Below, one piece after another: positions 61,801 through 64,000 of a DNA stretch of 64,000 nucleotides. The notes beneath the pieces are model-generated. The model had not been told where the DNA came from and made no database searches. It worked only from the letters and a program-made list of their open reading frames with translations. The position numbers were made by a program, and so were the translations under genes. Each line of letters begins with the position of its first letter. The stretch's first letter is position 1. The stretch is from positions 4,126 through 68,125 of the forward strand of contig JAIVGO010000094.1 of assembly GCA_020201525.1 (NCBI GenBank). The letters are read 5' to 3'. The DNA is from Actinomycetota bacterium. Lineage in GTDB: Bacteria > Actinomycetota > AC-67.

Positions 61801-64000
61801 ACATGGCTGGGCAGCTCGGCCGCATCGTCGATCCGGGATCTTCCTCGATCGGGTATCCGACGACGGACTTCGCCTACGACTCGAGCGGTCGGCTCACCAA
61901 GGTCCGCGACCCCCTCGGATACGACAAGGTTCAGACGAGTCCTGGCACGCTCGACAACGATACGACCCGCACGGTGATCGCCTACGACACCGGCGGGCGG
62001 GTGACCACACTCACCGCACCGGTCCCGAACGCTGGAAGCACCCCCGCCTTGCCCGCCCCGCAGCGCACTTACTCCTACCCCACCGCGGGCGAAACCCAGG
62101 TCAACGTCATCGGGTTGACCCCGTCGAGCGGCTTTTTCCGCAAGGTGACCTTCGACCCTGGAACGGGAGTTCTCCTCTCGGACACGGACGCGACGAACCG
62201 CACAACCAGCTACGAGTACGACACTGACGAGCGACTCGTCATCACGACGGACCCAGGTGGGCTCAAGACAACCACGGTCTACAACGCCCAGGGACAGGTG
62301 AGCGACACCTACGGTCCCGCACCGGCCACCTGCTTTACCGGCCAGACACCTAACGGCGCCTGCACCAACCCGGCCGTGCCGCATGCCACCAGCGCTTACG
62401 ACGAAGGAATCAAGGGGCTCGCCGCCGTCTACTGGAACAACCAGACCCAGACCGGCCCGGCGATCATGCACGCCACTGGGGTGGGGGACTCCACCGGCGC
62501 GCTCAACAAGGACTGGGTCGGCGGGACGCCATTCGACTCGAACTGGACATCCGCCTGGTCCGGGCGATTCACCGGCGACATCACCTTTCCGCAGGTCGGT
62601 ACGTACAGCATCGCTCTCGACAGCGACGACGGCGTCCGGCTCTACCTGGACGACTCCAGCTCGGCGCTGATCGACTACTGGCGCGACCACCGAGGCTTCT
62701 CCCCCAGCGCCACCTTCACCAACACCGTCGCCGGGTCACGCCACCGCATTGACATTGAGTACTACGACAACACGCAGGGCGCCAAGATTGGGCTGTACTG
62801 GACTCCGCCCGGCGGCACCCAAGCTCTGGTCCCCGGCGATTATCTTTCCCCGAGTTATGGGCTCGTCACCTCAACCACCGACGCCGACGGCAAAAAGACG
62901 GCGACTGAGTACAGCAACGGCAGCATCGGCCCCGAGTACGGGCTGGCGACTGCCACCGTTCAGGACCCCGCCGGACTGAACCTACGGACAAGCACGTCCT
63001 ACGAGGCGCCCGGTGCAACGGGAAGCTACCTGCGCCCCTTGACGAAGACGCTTGCGAAGAGCTCGGCACACAAGACGACCAACAGCTATTACGGCGCCAC
63101 CGAGGCCGCCCCGACGAACAACTGCGGCATTGGTTCATCGACCGTGCAGGCGGGGATGCTGAAGCAGACCGCCGATGCCGACGGCGTCACCAAGCAGTTC
63201 CTCTATGACGGCTCGGGCCGGTTGGCTGGAGCCAAATACAGTGGTGACGCCAACTGGTCGTGCACCGGCTATGACGCTCGGGGCCGGGTGACTTCGGCGG
63301 CGGATCGCAACCTCGCCTCGGCCGCTACCGACTACAGCACCGTGGGGCAAATCACCACCACTTACACCGACTCGTCGGGGATTGTCCGCTCCACCCTGGC
63401 CAAGGCCGACCTGCTAGGGCGGTCCATCTCCTACACCGACGAGCTGGGCACGAACACCCGGAGCTTGTACGACCAGGCCGGGCGGGTCACCGCGATGTAC
63501 CGGACGTTTGCCGGCGCCAGCGAAGGTCAGTTGAACGGTACGGTCTACGACGACGCCGGCCGGCCGACCAGCGTCACCGACTACACGTCTGGCACCGGAC
63601 TAACGACGATTTTCGCTTATGACACCGCAGGGCGGTCGCAGACGCTGACTCGGCCCAATGGAGTCGTCACCACGGCCACCTACGATCCCAACCAGGGCCG
63701 CCTCACCGGCCTGTCCAACAAGGCCGCGGGCACGACGGAACTCTCGCCCTGGACGTACACCCTGAGCGCTGCAGGACGCATTGCCTCCGAAACGACAACG
63801 GGTCGGAGCCGCTCGTTCACGTACGACGGTGCCGGTCGCCTCGTAACTACCAGTGAAAACAGCGGGACGACCATCCGCAACTACGCCTACGACGCGAACA
63901 CCAACCGCTGCGCGAACACCACCAGCTGCACGACCCCGACGTTCACGTACGACAACGCCGACCGAATCACCGCCTCGCCTTACGCCAGCGCCTACGGCTA
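58827..64000 (+). CDS. Secreted RHS/YD-repeat protein (RHS3), 5' portion. Order: shared N-terminal module, DNRLRE-like domain, FN3-like domains, two PA14-like domains, YD repeats. Continues beyond the window.
   Basis: ATG at 58827, MRVSLKISVDSSARRPWHRGLVSTLVVLVSLAATSLVAVPLTAEAAD signal peptide. N-module homologous to the RHS1/RHS2 N-termini. PA14-like segments (HDGGARIYLNNNF...ITIDYYQS; DSDDGVRLYLDD...IDIEYYDN). YD repeats to the last base (FTYDNADRITASPYASAYG). Not in the ORF track because it lacks an in-window stop. Confidence 0.8.
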   Translation, partial: MRVSLKISVDSSARRPWHRGLVSTLVVLVSLAATSLVAVPLTAEAADRGDAHKQMSPQELPALHSDAPTPRALDIPQGDFSNPPAQHADDVSTDRSGVKAGATLVGRSAGSEIWDNHDGTSTAVVHARPSTWADRDGKHKVMDSRLTRQGARLKNTGGPVGFDLPAATTANEVVVASADGWSLGFAMDGLAAGRNGEVDGASVRYRAVQPGVDLVETIEGDTLKETVVLTELPRPGSTNRFRFPLTMSGLTPKEQADGSIRFYDRAGTEVAAMPVGVAFDGSGDAARGTQAQTPVHLDLIRVAGQWTVELSVDRTWLLDPSRVAPISIDPSATFNAGRDNGSTHSDAFVSQAAPTTNYNTLLDSGSYVDKVGYGSYPTDQFNTFLKYDVSALAGKTVSAATWNGYFLSAAAYPSTYALTQAAASWTDSTLTWNNQPGATGSAATGSVTAANQWATKDITGWVQGWLATPTSNNGIRLDSNGTNAYLRLAAMEQAAQDSYIAVTFANTEPSAPTAVQLTPADQSTVMSLTPTLTSAAMTDAEGDAVQYWFRIATGTDGQTGQLINSGWLTTPSYQVPIGAFQDGMTYHWEVYTRDAWATGPPTTVSPTVSLTVDQGLGRGASDNVGPVSINLTNGNATVSVASPSFQTLGGSIGLSYTYNSQTPVPSGLSGSYYPCTAAAGTGSAGPTFPATGTPPALVRPDTTLNFAWNATSPLPAPGPNADPTNFCVRWSGYVTVPTTSTAWSLSDTHDGGARIYLNNNFTTPYVDAWSNSSGTVTASGAAVALTAGVPTPITIDYYQSDTAANFSLSVAGPITGIVPSSWLTPSSSSVVPSGWSVSTGGSRTLAYTAAKVGNDSFVLTDPAGGAHEYRKVNRAWKPTKTEQAVVTQNSDGTFTVLAPDGLNYFFSTAGKLSSVMSASDDSNRAAPTYSFDPTSGNVTALTDPLSGRALSLTYATTPNPCATPPSGFDSSPPAGMLCKVSYPDGSVTNLFYMAGQLGRIVDPGSSSIGYPTTDFAYDSSGRLTKVRDPLGYDKVQTSPGTLDNDTTRTVIAYDTGGRVTTLTAPVPNAGSTPALPAPQRTYSYPTAGETQVNVIGLTPSSGFFRKVTFDPGTGVLLSDTDATNRTTSYEYDTDERLVITTDPGGLKTTTVYNAQGQVSDTYGPAPATCFTGQTPNGACTNPAVPHATSAYDEGIKGLAAVYWNNQTQTGPAIMHATGVGDSTGALNKDWVGGTPFDSNWTSAWSGRFTGDITFPQVGTYSIALDSDDGVRLYLDDSSSALIDYWRDHRGFSPSATFTNTVAGSRHRIDIEYYDNTQGAKIGLYWTPPGGTQALVPGDYLSPSYGLVTSTTDADGKKTATEYSNGSIGPEYGLATATVQDPAGLNLRTSTSYEAPGATGSYLRPLTKTLAKSSAHKTTNSYYGATEAAPTNNCGIGSSTVQAGMLKQTADADGVTKQFLYDGSGRLAGAKYSGDANWSCTGYDARGRVTSAADRNLASAATDYSTVGQITTTYTDSSGIVRSTLAKADLLGRSISYTDELGTNTRSLYDQAGRVTAMYRTFAGASEGQLNGTVYDDAGRPTSVTDYTSGTGLTTIFAYDTAGRSQTLTRPNGVVTTATYDPNQGRLTGLSNKAAGTTELSPWTYTLSAAGRIASETTTGRSRSFTYDGAGRLVTTSENSGTTIRNYAYDANTNRCANTTSCTTPTFTYDNADRITASPYASAYG

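Overview
This is a high-GC (~70%) window, most likely from an actinobacterial accessory island, containing polymorphic-toxin loci, decayed mobile elements and toxin-antitoxin modules. I found no rRNA, tRNA or CRISPR. The ORF track appears to omit the long RHS ORF that starts at 58827 because it runs off the window end.

The dominant content is a paralogous family of five giant Sec-secreted proteins:
- three RHS/YD-repeat toxins (676-8187, 20985-28919, and 58827 to beyond 64000);
- two non-RHS multidomain proteins (32666-35989 and 52817-56029);
- all five share a roughly 250-aa N-terminal module and a DNRLRE-like domain, but carry different lower-GC C-terminal effector cassettes.

The C-terminal cassettes and their likely partners are:
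- RHS1: a C-terminal HExxHxxQ zincin-like toxin with a lipoprotein immunity gene;
- RHS2: a glycine-zipper membrane toxin with a 3-TM immunity gene;
- 32666-35989: LamG-like plus a GH-like (DUF1906-like) domain;
- 52817-56029: LamG-like plus a snapalysin-like metzincin, followed by small secreted and lipoprotein genes;
- 40582-42528: a related LamG-like fragment followed by a lipoprotein.

Interspersed are three type II TA pairs:
- HicAB;
- Phd/RelE;
- HigBA-like plus DUF2188.

There are also a frameshifted TIR-like (DUF1863) gene and an SDH-family ClpP-fold protease.

Mobile-element content includes:
- a nested insertion of an IS30 element into an IS3 element, itself inside a Tn3 tnpA remnant;
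- a serine-recombinase pseudogene;
- remnants of a conjugative/integrative element: a 5'-truncated MobF relaxase, DUF4913, ParA fragments, an orphan SUKH immunity gene, and a tyrosine recombinase with an inverted partial duplicate.

All family assignments rest on motif recognition by eye. No database search was run.
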